Sequence record: PZ295659.1
Source of the DNA: a phage
Direction: 5' to 3' (one strand)
Length of the DNA stretch: 64,000 nt
A program made the position numbers and the translations under genes. Under the pieces are notes generated by a model. That model was not told the origin of the DNA and ran no database searches. It saw only the letters and a program-made list of their open reading frames with translations. This document shows positions 49,114 through 61,993 of this stretch, one piece after another; within the stretch, counting starts at the first letter, position 1, and every line of letters begins with the position of its first letter.

Positions 49114-49935
49114 ATGTTTGGTTATTTTTACAACTCGTCGTTCAGGCGATATATCACAATGATGGGCGATTTGTTTTCAAATATCCAAGTTAACCGTCAA
49201 TTGTCTACAGGCAATAAATTAATTAGAGTTCCTATTACGTACGCATCTAAAGAGCACTTTATGATGAAACTTAATAAATGGACCTCTATAAACTCACAAG
49301 AAGATGTGGCTAAAGTCGAAACTATTCTACCACGTATAAATCTCCAAATGGTAGATTTCGTTTATAACCCAACGTTTAAAACGAATATATTGAATAACTC
49401 TCTTTTGAGTAAATCGACTAAGGATATTGTAGACCAATACAACCCATCACCAATTAAAATGATTTTTGAACTGAGCATCTTTACTCGTTATGAAGATGAT
49501 ATGTTCCAAATCGTTGAGCAAATTATTCCATATTTTCAGCCGCATTTTAATACGACTATGATTGAGCAATATGGGCAGGATATTCCATTTGAAAGGGATA
49601 TTAAAGTCGTATGGATGTCAGCAGCAATGGATGAACAAATAGACGGTGATAATTTATCCCGTCGACGTTTAGAGTGGTCATTAACATTTGAAGTAAATGG
49701 ATGGATGTATCCTCCGGTAGGCGCAGCTGAAGGCCTTATTAAAACGACTTATCTTGATTTTCATGCTAATGAACGAGACCTTCAAACAGCCGCCAGCGTT
49801 TTTGAATCAGTTGATACAGAAATTAAACCGAGAGACGTTGAAGCACAAGATTGGAATGGCGAAGTTGAACAAACTTATACTCATGATATTCCAATCCCGA
49901 CTCCACCAACCCCTCCTGGTCCTAGAAAACAATAA
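49114..49935 (+). CDS. 15: tail sheath stabilizer / tail completion protein gp15
   Basis: Start at second ATG (MFGYFYNSSFRRY...); 273 aa; T4 gp15 is 272 aa. Confidence 0.9.
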   Translation: MFGYFYNSSFRRYITMMGDLFSNIQVNRQLSTGNKLIRVPITYASKEHFMMKLNKWTSINSQEDVAKVETILPRINLQMVDFVYNPTFKTNILNNSLLSKSTKDIVDQYNPSPIKMIFELSIFTRYEDDMFQIVEQIIPYFQPHFNTTMIEQYGQDIPFERDIKVVWMSAAMDEQIDGDNLSRRRLEWSLTFEVNGWMYPPVGAAEGLIKTTYLDFHANERDLQTAASVFESVDTEIKPRDVEAQDWNGEVEQTYTHDIPIPTPPTPPGPRKQ

Positions 49936-52261
<2,326 letters not shown>

Positions 52262-52288
52262 AAATAAAGCAAATTAAGAGGAATTAAA

Positions 52289-54271
52289 ATGGCACTTCTC
52301 TCTCCGGGCGTTGAGCTCAAAGAAACTACCGTACAGAGTACTGTAGTTAATAACTCCACTGGTACTGCTGCCCTGGCTGGAAAATTCCAATGGGGACCGG
52401 CATTCCAGATTAAACAAATCACTGATGAAGTTGCATTAGTTGATATGTTTGGTACTCCTAATACGGATACGGCAGATTATTTCATGTCTGCTATGAACTT
52501 CCTTCAATATGGTAATGACCTTCGTGTTGTACGCGCAGTTGATCGTGCTACTGCTAAGAACTCATCTCCTGTAGCAGGCAATATTGAATTCACAATCTCT
52601 GCTGCTGGTAGTAACTATGCAGTTGGTGATAAAATTATCGTTAAGTATTTGACCGAAACTGTTGAAGCAGATGGTTATGTCACTTCAGTTGATGTCGATG
52701 GTAAAATTCTTAACATTTATATCCCAACCGGTAAAATTATTGCTCGTGCAAAAGAAATTAATGAATATCCGGCATTGGGTTCTAACTGGACCGCCGAAGT
52801 TGCCAGTTCTTCTTCTGGGCTTTCCGGCGTTATTACAATTGGTTCTATCGTAACCGATTCGGGTATTCTGTTAACTGAAGTTGAAACTTCTGAAGAAGCT
52901 ATTACTTCTCTAACTTTCCAAGAATCTATTAAAAAATATGGTGTCCCAGGCGTAGTTGCTCTTTATCCTGGTGAACTTGGCGACCAGCTTGAAATTGAAA
53001 TCGTATCTAAAGCGGACTATGACAAAGGTGCTTCAGCCCAGTTAAAAATTTATCCTGATGGTGGTACTCGTGCATCTACTGCTAAAGCAGTGTTTGGATA
53101 TGGCCCACAAACTGATGACCAATATGCAATTATCGTTCGTCGTAACGATGCTGTAGTTCAGAGCGTAATTCTTTCTACTAAACGTGGTGAACGCGATATT
53201 TATGGTAGTAATATCTTTATTGATGATTTCTTTGCTAAAGGCGCAAGCAATTATATTTTCGCTACTGCACAAGGTTGGCCAAAAGGTTTCTCTGGCGTAA
53301 TCAAACTGAATGGTGGCTTATCATCTAATGAAACGGTTGACGCTGGTGATTTAATGGAAGCTTGGGATTTGTTTGCTGACCGTGAATCTGTTAATGCGCA
53401 GTTGTTTATTGCCGGTTCTTGTGCAGGTGAATCTTTAGAAGTTGCTTCTACAGTTCAGAAACATGTTGTAGCAATTGGTGATTCTCGCCAAGATTGTTTG
53501 GTTCTTTGCTCACCGCCACGTGCAACTATAGTCGGTATTCCTGTTAATCGTGCAGTTGATAATCTGGTTGATTGGCGTACAGCGTCAGGAACTTACACTG
53601 ATAATAACTTTAATATAAGTTCTACTTATGCCGCTATTGATGGTAACTATAAATATCAATATGACAAATATAATGACGTGAATCGTTGGGTTCCATTAGC
53701 TGCTGATATCGCCGGTCTTTGTGCTCGCACAGACAATATTTCTCAGCCTTGGATGTCTCCTGCCGGTTATAACCGTGGACAAATTCTTAACGTTATTAAG
53801 CTTGCAATTGAAACTCGCCAACCACAACGTGATCGTTTGTATCAGGAAGCTATTAACCCTGTTACTGGTACCGGTGGTGATGGGTATGTTCTGTACGGTG
53901 ATAAAACTGCCACTTCTGTTCCTTCACCGTTTGACCGTATTAACGTTCGTCGTTTGTTCAATATGGTTAAAACGAACATTGGTTCAGCATCTAAATATCG
54001 CCTGTTTGAATTGAACAACGCATTTACCCGTTCTTCTTTCCGTACAGAGACTTCTCAATATCTACAGGGTATTAAAGCTCTTGGTGGTGTATATAACTTT
54101 AAAGTTGTTTGTGATACTACCAATAACACCCCAGCAGTTATCGACCGTAATGAATTTGTAGCTACTTTCTACTTACAACCTGCCCGCTCGATAAATTATA
54201 TTACGTTGAACTTTGTAGCAACAGCAACTGGTGCCGATTTCGACGAACTAATTGGTACTGTAAGTGGCTAA
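52289..54271 (+). CDS. 18: tail sheath protein gp18
   Basis: 660 aa; T4 gp18 is 659 aa. Confidence 0.95.
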   Translation: MALLSPGVELKETTVQSTVVNNSTGTAALAGKFQWGPAFQIKQITDEVALVDMFGTPNTDTADYFMSAMNFLQYGNDLRVVRAVDRATAKNSSPVAGNIEFTISAAGSNYAVGDKIIVKYLTETVEADGYVTSVDVDGKILNIYIPTGKIIARAKEINEYPALGSNWTAEVASSSSGLSGVITIGSIVTDSGILLTEVETSEEAITSLTFQESIKKYGVPGVVALYPGELGDQLEIEIVSKADYDKGASAQLKIYPDGGTRASTAKAVFGYGPQTDDQYAIIVRRNDAVVQSVILSTKRGERDIYGSNIFIDDFFAKGASNYIFATAQGWPKGFSGVIKLNGGLSSNETVDAGDLMEAWDLFADRESVNAQLFIAGSCAGESLEVASTVQKHVVAIGDSRQDCLVLCSPPRATIVGIPVNRAVDNLVDWRTASGTYTDNNFNISSTYAAIDGNYKYQYDKYNDVNRWVPLAADIAGLCARTDNISQPWMSPAGYNRGQILNVIKLAIETRQPQRDRLYQEAINPVTGTGGDGYVLYGDKTATSVPSPFDRINVRRLFNMVKTNIGSASKYRLFELNNAFTRSSFRTETSQYLQGIKALGGVYNFKVVCDTTNNTPAVIDRNEFVATFYLQPARSINYITLNFVATATGADFDELIGTVSG

Positions 54272-54283
54272 TAAGACGCCTGA

Positions 54284-54303
54284 TGGGCTATTTCGGTAGC
54301 CCA
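54284..54303 (+). terminator. stem-loop GGGCTA-TTTCGG-TAGCCC after gene 18
   Basis: Perfect 6-bp stem immediately before the gene 19 late promoter. Confidence 0.4.
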
Positions 54304-54311
54304 TATAAATA
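54304..54311 (+). promoter_or_regulatory. T4 late promoter TATAAATA for gene 19
   Basis: Exact TATAAATA; sequence ccatataaatataactata repeated at 54922-54940. Confidence 0.6.
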
Positions 54312-54384
54312 TAACTATATCGTTTAAAAATTAATTCTATGGGCATCTGGTTAATCCTAAGCCCATATTACTACAGAGGCTAAT

Positions 54385-54876
54385 ATGTTTGTAGATGACG
54401 TAACTCGTGCCTTCGAATCAGGTGATTTCGCTCGCCCTAACCTGTTTGAAGTAGAAATCTCTTATCTTGGGCAAAACTTTAGCTTCCAGTGTCGTGCTAC
54501 GGCTCTTCCTGCTGCGATCGTTGAAAAGGTTCCTGTTTCTTATATGAACCGTAAAATTAACGTGGCTGGTGATCGTACATTCGATGATTGGACTATTACA
54601 GTAATGAACGATGATGCTCATAGCATTCGTCAGAAATTTGTTGATTGGCAAGGTATTGCAGCAGGACAAGGTAATGAAATTACTGGTGGTAAACCTGCTG
54701 AATATAAAAAGTCTGCTATCGTTCGTCAATTTGCTCGTGATGCTAAAACTGTCACTAAAGAAGTTGAAATTGTTGGCTTATGGCCTACTAACGTTGGTGA
54801 AGTATCTCTTGACTGGGACAGCAATAACGAGATTGAAACGTTCGAAGTAACTCTTGCTCTTGATTGGTGGGAATAA
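54385..54876 (+). CDS. 19: tail tube protein gp19
   Basis: 163 aa, same length as T4 gp19. Confidence 0.95.
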   Translation: MFVDDVTRAFESGDFARPNLFEVEISYLGQNFSFQCRATALPAAIVEKVPVSYMNRKINVAGDRTFDDWTITVMNDDAHSIRQKFVDWQGIAAGQGNEITGGKPAEYKKSAIVRQFARDAKTVTKEVEIVGLWPTNVGEVSLDWDSNNEIETFEVTLALDWWE

Positions 54877-54924
54877 TCTGGTTGGGGAGAAATCCCCAGC
54901 TTCCCGTGATGACGGAGAAGTCCA

Positions 54925-54932
54925 TATAAATA
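54925..54932 (+). promoter_or_regulatory. T4 late promoter TATAAATA for gene 20
   Basis: Exact TATAAATA 29 nt upstream of gene 20 ATG. Confidence 0.65.
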
Positions 54933-54960
54933 TAACTATAATTCCCATTCGGAGAATACA

Positions 54961-56532
54961 ATGAAATTTAATATCTTAAGTTTGTTTGCTCCATGGGCAA
55001 AAATGGACGAACGTGATTACAAAGACCAAGAAAAAGAAAATTTAGAATCTATCACCACACCAAAATTAGACGACGGCGCTAAAGAATACGAAGTATCTGA
55101 AAATGAAGCACAGCAAACATATAATGCTATGTTTCAGAGAATGTTCGGTAGCCAAGAACCAGGGCTCAAATCAACCCGTGAATTAATCGATACGTATCGA
55201 AATTTGATGACGAATTATGAAGTGGATAATGCAGTCTCTGAAATAGTTTCTGATGCTATCGTATATGAAGATGATACAGAAGTCGTTTCTATAAATTTAG
55301 ACAACACAAAATTTAGTCCAAATATCAAATCAATGATGTTGGATGAATTTAACGAAGTGTTAAATCATTTATCTTTCCAACGTAAAGGTTCAGATCATTT
55401 TAGACGTTGGTATGTGGATTCTCGAATTTTCTTCCATAAAATTATTGACCCTAAACGCCCTAAAGAAGGTATTAAAGAGCTTCGTCGTTTAGACCCACGT
55501 CAAGTTCAATATGTCCGTGAAGTTATTACAACCACTGAAGCCGGTGTTAAAATAGTCAAGGGTTATAAAGAATATTTCATTTATGACACATCACACGAAT
55601 CTTATGCTTGTGATGGTCGCATATATGAAGCTGGCACAAAAATAAAAATCCCTAAAGCCGCGATTGTTTATGCCCATTCTGGTTTAGTTGATTGTTGTGG
55701 TAAAAATATCATTGGTTATTTGCATCGGGCTATTAAGCCGGCGAACCAATTAAAACTTCTTGAAGATGCCGTCGTAATTTATCGTATTACTCGTGCTCCT
55801 GATCGTCGTGTATGGTATGTTGATACAGGTAATATGCCTTCAAGAAAAGCAGCAGAACATATGCAACATGTTATGAATACGATGAAAAACCGTATTGCAT
55901 ATGATGCTACTACAGGCAAGATTAAAAACCAGCAGCATATTATGTCGATGACCGAAGATTATTGGTTACAACGACGTGATGGTAAAGCGGTAACAGAAGT
56001 TGACACATTACCAGGTGCAGATAATACTGGAAATATGGAAGATGTACGTTGGTTCCGTAATGCGCTTTATATGGCTTTACGTATTCCTATTACCCGTATT
56101 CCAAGTGACCAAGGTGGTATACAGTTTGATGCTGGTACTTCTATTACACGAGATGAATTGACATTTGGTAAATTTATTCGTGAGCTGCAACATAAATTTG
56201 AAGAGATATTCCTAGACCCGCTTAAAACTAATTTAATTCTTAAAGGAATTATTACAGAAGATGAGTGGAATGATGAAATAAATAATATTAAGATAAAATT
56301 TCATCGGGATAGTTATTTCTCGGAATTAAAGGATGCTGAGATTCTGGAGCGTCGCATTAATATGCTTCAGATGGCCGAACCATTTATTGGTAAATATATT
56401 TCTCACAGAACAGCTATGAAAGATATTCTTCAGATGTCTGACGAGGAAATTGAACAAGAGGCTAAGCAAATTGAAGAAGAGTCGAAAGAGGCTCGTTTCC
56501 AAGACCCCGACCAAGAACAAGAGGATTTTTAA
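54961..56532 (+). CDS. 20: portal vertex protein gp20
   Basis: 523 aa; T4 gp20 is 524 aa. Confidence 0.95.
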   Translation: MKFNILSLFAPWAKMDERDYKDQEKENLESITTPKLDDGAKEYEVSENEAQQTYNAMFQRMFGSQEPGLKSTRELIDTYRNLMTNYEVDNAVSEIVSDAIVYEDDTEVVSINLDNTKFSPNIKSMMLDEFNEVLNHLSFQRKGSDHFRRWYVDSRIFFHKIIDPKRPKEGIKELRRLDPRQVQYVREVITTTEAGVKIVKGYKEYFIYDTSHESYACDGRIYEAGTKIKIPKAAIVYAHSGLVDCCGKNIIGYLHRAIKPANQLKLLEDAVVIYRITRAPDRRVWYVDTGNMPSRKAAEHMQHVMNTMKNRIAYDATTGKIKNQQHIMSMTEDYWLQRRDGKAVTEVDTLPGADNTGNMEDVRWFRNALYMALRIPITRIPSDQGGIQFDAGTSITRDELTFGKFIRELQHKFEEIFLDPLKTNLILKGIITEDEWNDEINNIKIKFHRDSYFSELKDAEILERRINMLQMAEPFIGKYISHRTAMKDILQMSDEEIEQEAKQIEEESKEARFQDPDQEQEDF

Positions 56533-56759
56533 TGGACGATTTAATTCAAGCTATTAAATCAAACGACCTCGTTGCTACTCGAAAGTTTTTTGAAAGTGCA
56601 ATGGCAGAAAAAACGGTTCGTTTGATTGAAGCACGCAAAGCAGAAATCGCTTCTCAATTTTTGATTGAAGGCGAAGAACCTGAAGAAGAGAAAGATTCGG
56701 AAGACGACGCTGATGAAGGCGATGACGACGAAGACGAAGATGATGAGGACGATGAATAA
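56532..56759 (+). CDS. 67: prohead core protein gp67
   Basis: 75 aa with acidic D/E-rich C-terminus, between 20 and 68. Confidence 0.8.
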   Translation: MDDLIQAIKSNDLVATRKFFESAMAEKTVRLIEARKAEIASQFLIEGEEPEEEKDSEDDADEGDDDEDEDDEDDE

Positions 56760-57184
56760 TGTATCTTATCCCTGAATCTTATGAATTGGTACTCGAAAAT
56801 GTCGAAGCACTTATTCCTGAAGCACAGGGCCGAATCGATGCATTGTCTTCTGCTCTCGATATTGACGATATAAATACTATTATCGAGAACATGCTTGAAA
56901 CTGAAACGGATTTAGCTGTTGCAATGGCTTCCATTATTAATGAAGAACAGTTAAATGAGTTTATCGTTAAACATGTTTCTTCTCGTGGTGAAGTCACTCG
57001 CACTAAAGACCGTAAAACTCGTGAACGTAACGCGTTCCAAACAACTGGTCTTTCTAAAGCAAAACGTAGACAAATCGCTCGTAAGGTCGTTAAAGCTAAA
57101 AAAGCTAACCCTTCAGGCCAAGTTAAAGGCTTGCGTAAGCGTAAAAAAGCTCTTAAACGTCGTAAAGCATTAGGATTAAGCTAA
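56759..57184 (+). CDS. 68: prohead core protein gp68
   Basis: 141 aa, basic C-terminus; T4 gp68 is 141 aa. Confidence 0.8.
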   Translation: MYLIPESYELVLENVEALIPEAQGRIDALSSALDIDDINTIIENMLETETDLAVAMASIINEEQLNEFIVKHVSSRGEVTRTKDRKTRERNAFQTTGLSKAKRRQIARKVVKAKKANPSGQVKGLRKRKKALKRRKALGLS

Positions 57185-57825
57185 TGAATAAACCCGAGTT
57201 ACTTATTGAAACTTGGGGTCAACCCGGTGAGATTATTGATGGCGTTCCAATGTTGGAATCTCATGATGGAAAAGATTCTGGCTTAAAACCAGGGCTTTAT
57301 ATAGAAGGTATTTTTCTTCAGGCAGAGGTTGTTAACCGAAATAAACGTTTATATCCTAAACGCGTTTTGGAAAAAGCAGTAAGTGACTATATTAAAGAAC
57401 AAGTCGAAACCAAACAAGCCCTTGGAGAATTAAACCATCCACCTCGTGCAAATGTTGACCCCATGCAAGCCGCTATCATTATTGAAGATATGTGGTGGAA
57501 AGGAAACGATGTATATGGACGTGCTAGAATTATTGAAGGCGACCATGGTCCCGGTGATAAATTAGCTGCTAATATACGAGCTGGTTGGATTCCAGGTGTT
57601 TCCTCTCGTGGTCTTGGTTCTTTAACCGACACCAATAAAGGGTACCGTATCGTGAACGAAGGATTTAAATTAACCGTCGGCGTAGATGCCGTATGGGGAC
57701 CTTCTGCTCCAGATGCTTGGGTTACTCCTAAACAAATATCAGAATCAGAAAATTCGGTGGAAATCACCAAAAACAGTGCTGACGAAGCATTTAAAGCTCT
57801 CGCAGAGAGTTTAAAAGCATTATAA
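57184..57825 (+). CDS. 21: prohead core protease gp21
   Basis: 213 aa; T4 gp21 is 212 aa. Confidence 0.9.
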   Translation: MNKPELLIETWGQPGEIIDGVPMLESHDGKDSGLKPGLYIEGIFLQAEVVNRNKRLYPKRVLEKAVSDYIKEQVETKQALGELNHPPRANVDPMQAAIIIEDMWWKGNDVYGRARIIEGDHGPGDKLAANIRAGWIPGVSSRGLGSLTDTNKGYRIVNEGFKLTVGVDAVWGPSAPDAWVTPKQISESENSVEITKNSADEAFKALAESLKAL

Positions 57826-57828
57826 ATA
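57821..57828 (+). promoter_or_regulatory. T4 late promoter TATAAATA for gene 22
   Basis: Exact TATAAATA 31 nt upstream of gene 22 ATG. Confidence 0.65.
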
Positions 57829-57858
57829 ATAATGTAATCTAAACCACAGGACACTAAA

Positions 57859-58671
57859 ATGATCAAAGAACAACTTTTGAAAGAAGCTCAGAACATCGAG
57901 ACTTCAGTTGCTCTTAATAGTGTTTTCGAATCAGTAGAACTGTCTCCGGACGTTAAAGCTAATTTCAGCACTGTATTCGAAGCCACCGTTAAGCAGGAAG
58001 CAGTCAAACTGGCTGAATCTCATATCAAAGCCATCGCCGAAAAGGCCGAAGAAGAAGTTGAAAAGGCTAAAGAAGATGCTGAAGAGAAAGCTGATAAAAA
58101 ATTGGCTGAACAAGCTTCTAAATTCCTAGACCATCTTGCAAAAGAATGGCTCGCAGAAAACCAAATCGCAGTTGATAAAGGCATTAAAGCTGATTTGTTC
58201 GAATCCATGCTTGGTGGTCTGAAAGAACTGTTTGTTGAACATAACGTTGTTGTTCCAGAAGAATCTGTAGATGTTGTAGCAGAAATGGAAGAAGAGCTGG
58301 CCGAACATAAAGAAGAAACCGCTCGTTTGTTCGAAGAAGTTACCAAACGTGATGCATATATCAATTACGTTCAGCGTGAAACCGCTATTAATGAAAGCGT
58401 AAAAGACCTGACTGAATCTCAGAAAGAAAAAGTTATTGGCCTGGTTGAAGGTATGGATTATTCTGACGCATTTGGTACTAAGTTAACTGCTATTGTAGAA
58501 ATGGTTAAAGGTTCTACTAAAGAAGAAGCCGCTATTACCGAAAATATAAATACAGTTGACAATGACGCTGCCGGTCTTAATTTTGTTGCCGAAGCAGTTG
58601 ACACTACCACAACTCAGGTAGAACAGAATTCTAATGTAAGTTTATATGCGAAAGTCGCATCTCGTTTCTAA
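57859..58671 (+). CDS. 22: prohead core scaffold protein gp22
   Basis: 270 aa, E/K-rich coiled coil. Confidence 0.9.
   Translation: MIKEQLLKEAQNIETSVALNSVFESVELSPDVKANFSTVFEATVKQEAVKLAESHIKAIAEKAEEEVEKAKEDAEEKADKKLAEQASKFLDHLAKEWLAENQIAVDKGIKADLFESMLGGLKELFVEHNVVVPEESVDVVAEMEEELAEHKEETARLFEEVTKRDAYINYVQRETAINESVKDLTESQKEKVIGLVEGMDYSDAFGTKLTAIVEMVKGSTKEEAAITENINTVDNDAAGLNFVAEAVDTTTTQVEQNSNVSLYAKVASRF
58545..58552 (+). promoter_or_regulatory. candidate late promoter TATAAATA inside the 3' end of gene 22 (possible gene 23 promoter)
   Basis: Exact TATAAATA 137 nt upstream of gene 23 ATG; no closer match. Confidence 0.4.
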
Positions 58672-58688
58672 TTTAAAGGTTAACACAA

Positions 58689-60257
58689 ATGACTACTATC
58701 AAAACTAAAGCTCAGCTCGTAGACAAATGGAAAGAACTGCTGGAAGGTGAAGGCCTGCCGGAAATCGCTAATAGCAAGCAGGCTATTATCGCTAAAATCT
58801 TCGAAAACCAGGAAAAAGATTTCGAAGTATCCCCTGAATATAAAGACGAGAAAATCGCTCAGGCATTTGGTTCTTTCTTGACCGAAGCTGAAATTGGTGG
58901 TGACCACGGTTATAATGCTCAGAACATCGCAGCAGGTCAAACCTCTGGTGCAGTAACCCAGATTGGGCCGGCAGTTATGGGTATGGTTCGTCGTGCTATT
59001 CCTAATCTGATCGCTTTCGATATTTGTGGTGTTCAGCCTATGAACAGCCCTACCGGTCAGGTATTTGCTCTCCGTGCAGTATATGGTAAAGACCCTATCG
59101 CTGCTGACGCTAAAGAAGCTTTCCATCCGATGTATGCTCCAGACGCGATGTTCTCTGGTCAGGGTGCTGCTAAGAAATTCCCAGCTCTGGCTGCTAGCAC
59201 ACAAACCGTTGTAGGTGATATCTATACTCACTTCTTCCAGGAAACTGGTACTGTGTATCTACAAGCTTCCGCTGTAGTAACAATTGATGCTGGCGCTACC
59301 GATGCAACTAAACTGGATGCTGAAATTAAGAAACAAATGGAAGCTGGTGTACTGGTAGAAATCGCTGAAGGTATGGCTACTTCTATCGCTGAACTTCAGG
59401 AAGGTTTCAACGGTTCTACCGATAACCCATGGAATGAAATGGGCTTCCGTATCGATAAACAAGTTATTGAAGCTAAATCTCGTCAGTTGAAAGCAGCTTA
59501 CTCCATCGAATTGGCACAAGACCTCCGTGCAGTACACGGTATGGATGCTGATGCTGAACTGAGCGGTATTCTTGCTACTGAAATTATGCTGGAAATCAAC
59601 CGTGAAGTTGTTGACTGGATTAACTACTCCGCTCAGGTTGGTAAATCTGGTATGACTAATATCGTTGGTTCTAAAGCTGGTGTATTTGACTTCCAGGACC
59701 CGATTGATATCCGTGGTGCTCGTTGGGCCGGTGAAAGCTTTAAAGCTCTGTTGTTCCAGATTGATAAAGAAGCAGTTGAAATTGCTCGTCAAACCGGTCG
59801 TGGTGAAGGTAACTTCATTATCGCTTCCCGTAACGTAGTTAACGTACTGGCTTCAGTTGATACTGGTATTTCTTACGCTGCACAGGGTCTGGCTTCTGGT
59901 TTTAATACCGACACTACTAAGTCTGTATTTGCCGGTGTACTTGGTGGTAAATACCGCGTATACATCGACCAGTATGCTAAACAGGATTACTTCACCGTTG
60001 GTTACAAAGGCGCTAACGAAATGGATGCAGGTATTTACTATGCTCCTTACGTTGCACTCACCCCACTGCGTGGTTCCGATCCTAAGAACTTCCAGCCGGT
60101 AATGGGCTTTAAAACTCGTTACGGTATCGGTGTTAACCCGTTTGCTGAAAGTTCCCTGCAGGCTCCAGGCGCTCGCATCCAGTCCGGTATGCCGTCTATC
60201 CTGAACAGCCTTGGTAAGAACGCTTACTTCCGCCGTGTATATGTAAAAGGCATCTAA
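58689..60257 (+). CDS. 23: major capsid protein gp23
   Basis: 522 aa; MTTIKTKAQLVDKWKELLEGEGLPEIANSKQAIIAKIFENQEKDF... very close to T4 gp23. Confidence 0.97.
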   Translation: MTTIKTKAQLVDKWKELLEGEGLPEIANSKQAIIAKIFENQEKDFEVSPEYKDEKIAQAFGSFLTEAEIGGDHGYNAQNIAAGQTSGAVTQIGPAVMGMVRRAIPNLIAFDICGVQPMNSPTGQVFALRAVYGKDPIAADAKEAFHPMYAPDAMFSGQGAAKKFPALAASTQTVVGDIYTHFFQETGTVYLQASAVVTIDAGATDATKLDAEIKKQMEAGVLVEIAEGMATSIAELQEGFNGSTDNPWNEMGFRIDKQVIEAKSRQLKAAYSIELAQDLRAVHGMDADAELSGILATEIMLEINREVVDWINYSAQVGKSGMTNIVGSKAGVFDFQDPIDIRGARWAGESFKALLFQIDKEAVEIARQTGRGEGNFIIASRNVVNVLASVDTGISYAAQGLASGFNTDTTKSVFAGVLGGKYRVYIDQYAKQDYFTVGYKGANEMDAGIYYAPYVALTPLRGSDPKNFQPVMGFKTRYGIGVNPFAESSLQAPGARIQSGMPSILNSLGKNAYFRRVYVKGI

Positions 60258-60281
60258 TCTTAATTGATTAAATCTTATTTT

Positions 60282-60309
60282 GGGAGACTTCGGTCTCCCA
60301 TTTTGGTTT
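60282..60309 (+). terminator. rho-independent terminator after gene 23 (GGGAGAC-TTCG-GTCTCCC + U-rich tail)
   Basis: Hairpin 60283-60300 followed by attttggtttt; identical hairpin after gene 8. Confidence 0.75.
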
Positions 60310-60578
60310 TATTTCTGTGCAATTTCGATGTAAGTTTTCAAAATATTTTGCCAATTAGGCATACCTTCTTGGACATATGCTAGAGAACCGTCTTTGTTTT
60401 TGAATGATGCAAGTTTATCAGTGGCCCAATAACCTTTAGCTCGAGCTTCAGAATCAACTTTCATCCATACTTTGTTGAAGGCATTACCATTAACTTTTGC
60501 ACCATATTTTTCTACCAACTTAACTGCTTCAGCTTCCAGAACTTTTAAAGTATCTCGTAAGAAACGTGCTTTAGTCAT
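60309..60578 (-). CDS. hypothetical protein, opposite-strand gene between 23 and 24
   Basis: 89-aa ORF with ATG start and its own early-promoter-like element; no GIY-YIG or HNH motif. Confidence 0.5.
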   Translation of the reverse strand: MTKARFLRDTLKVLEAEAVKLVEKYGAKVNGNAFNKVWMKVDSEARAKGYWATDKLASFKNKDGSLAYVQEGMPNWQNILKTYIEIAQK

Positions 60579-60589
60579 TTTGTTTACTC

Positions 60590-60638
60590 CTCTGTAGTTG
60601 ATAAGTCTATAGTATCACATACTAAATACGTTGTAAAC
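60590..60638 (-). promoter_or_regulatory. early-promoter-like element driving the 60309-60578 gene
   Basis: gtaaac at 60633-60638; core nearly identical to the element at 23985-24016. Confidence 0.45.
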
Positions 60639-60644
60639 AATCTT

Positions 60645-60652
60645 TATAAATA
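60645..60652 (+). promoter_or_regulatory. T4 late promoter TATAAATA for gene 24
   Basis: Exact TATAAATA 28 nt upstream of gene 24 ATG. Confidence 0.65.
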
Positions 60653-60679
60653 ATCTATATCACATAAGGAAAAAATGCA

Positions 60680-61963
60680 ATGAGTAAAATCCAAAAATTA
60701 TTGCGTGAATCTACAACGTCTACTAGCAACTCAATTGGTCGCCCAAATCTCGTTGCTTTGACTCGCGCTACGACTAAATTAATATATTCTGACATTGTAG
60801 CAACACAAAGAACTAATCAACCTGTTGCTGCTTTTTATGGTATCAAATATCTTAATCCAGATAACGAATTCACATTTAAAACTGGTGCTACTTATGCAGG
60901 CGAAGTTGGATATGTAGACCGAGAAAAAATTACTGAGCTCACAGAAGAATCAAAAGTCACACTAAATAAAGGCGATTTTTTCAAATATAATAATATCGTC
61001 TATAAAGTGTTAGAAGATACACCATTTGCAGATATTCAAGAAAGTGATCTAGAATTAGCTCTTCAGATTGCGGTCGTTCATTTAAAGGTACGGTTATTTT
61101 CAGATGCAGCGGTAACAAGCAAATTTGAAAGCTCTGGTAGCGAAATTTCTGATGCAAGATTCCAGATTAATAAATGGCAAACTTCGGTCAAATCTCGTAA
61201 ACTTAAAACTGGTCTTACAGTTGAATTAGCGCAAGATTTGGAAGCGAATGGATTTGATGCCCCTAACTTCTTAGAAGATTTGCTTGCTACTGAAATGGCT
61301 GATGAAATTAATAAAGATATTCTTCAGTCTTTAATTACTGTATCGAAACGTTATAAAGTTACTGGAATTACTGACACCGGATTTATTGACTTGAGCTATG
61401 CATCCGCTCCAGAAGCAGGTCGTTCATTATATCGAATGGTGTGTGAAATGGTATCACACATTCAAAAAGAGACAACTTATACTGCAACGTTTTGTGTAGC
61501 CTCAGCTCGTGCAGCTGCTATTCTTGCTGCTTCCGGTTGGTTGAAACATAAGCCAGAAGATGACAAGTATCTTTCACAAAATGCTTATGGATTCTTGGCA
61601 AATGGATTACCTCTTTACTGCGATACCAACAGTCCGTTAGATTATGTTATTGTGGGTGTTGTAGAAAATATCGGCGAAAAAGAAATTGTAGGGTCCATCT
61701 TTTATGCTCCATACACTGAAGGAGTAGATTTAGATGACCCGGAACATGTCGGTGCATTTAAAGTTGTAGTTGATCCAGAAAGCTTGCAACCGTCTATCGG
61801 ATTATTGGTTAGATACGCTTTATCAGCAAATCCTTACACAGTAGCAAAAGATGAAAAAGAAGCGAGAATAATTGATGGCGGGGATATGGATAAAATGGCA
61901 GGACGTTCAGACTTGTCTGTTTTACTCGGTGTTAAATTGCCAAAAATTATCGTTGATGAATAA
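60680..61963 (+). CDS. 24: capsid vertex protein gp24
   Basis: 427 aa, same length as T4 gp24; gp23-like fold. Confidence 0.95.
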   Translation: MSKIQKLLRESTTSTSNSIGRPNLVALTRATTKLIYSDIVATQRTNQPVAAFYGIKYLNPDNEFTFKTGATYAGEVGYVDREKITELTEESKVTLNKGDFFKYNNIVYKVLEDTPFADIQESDLELALQIAVVHLKVRLFSDAAVTSKFESSGSEISDARFQINKWQTSVKSRKLKTGLTVELAQDLEANGFDAPNFLEDLLATEMADEINKDILQSLITVSKRYKVTGITDTGFIDLSYASAPEAGRSLYRMVCEMVSHIQKETTYTATFCVASARAAAILAASGWLKHKPEDDKYLSQNAYGFLANGLPLYCDTNSPLDYVIVGVVENIGEKEIVGSIFYAPYTEGVDLDDPEHVGAFKVVVDPESLQPSIGLLVRYALSANPYTVAKDEKEARIIDGGDMDKMAGRSDLSVLLGVKLPKIIVDE

Positions 61964-61967
61964 AACA

Positions 61968-61991
61968 AAGGGACCGTAAGGTCCCTTTTTT
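61968..61991. terminator. bidirectional rho-independent terminator between gene 24 and rnlB
   Basis: AAGGGACC-GTAA-GGTCCCTT followed by TTTTTT on plus strand and by a U-rich tract on the minus strand. Confidence 0.75.
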
Positions 61992-61993
61992 CG

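Noticed and set aside
60309-60578. Homing endonuclease (segD-like) between genes 23 and 24
   Set aside because: The ORF is only 89 aa and has no GIY-YIG or HNH motif; no intron or intein signatures were seen anywhere in the window.
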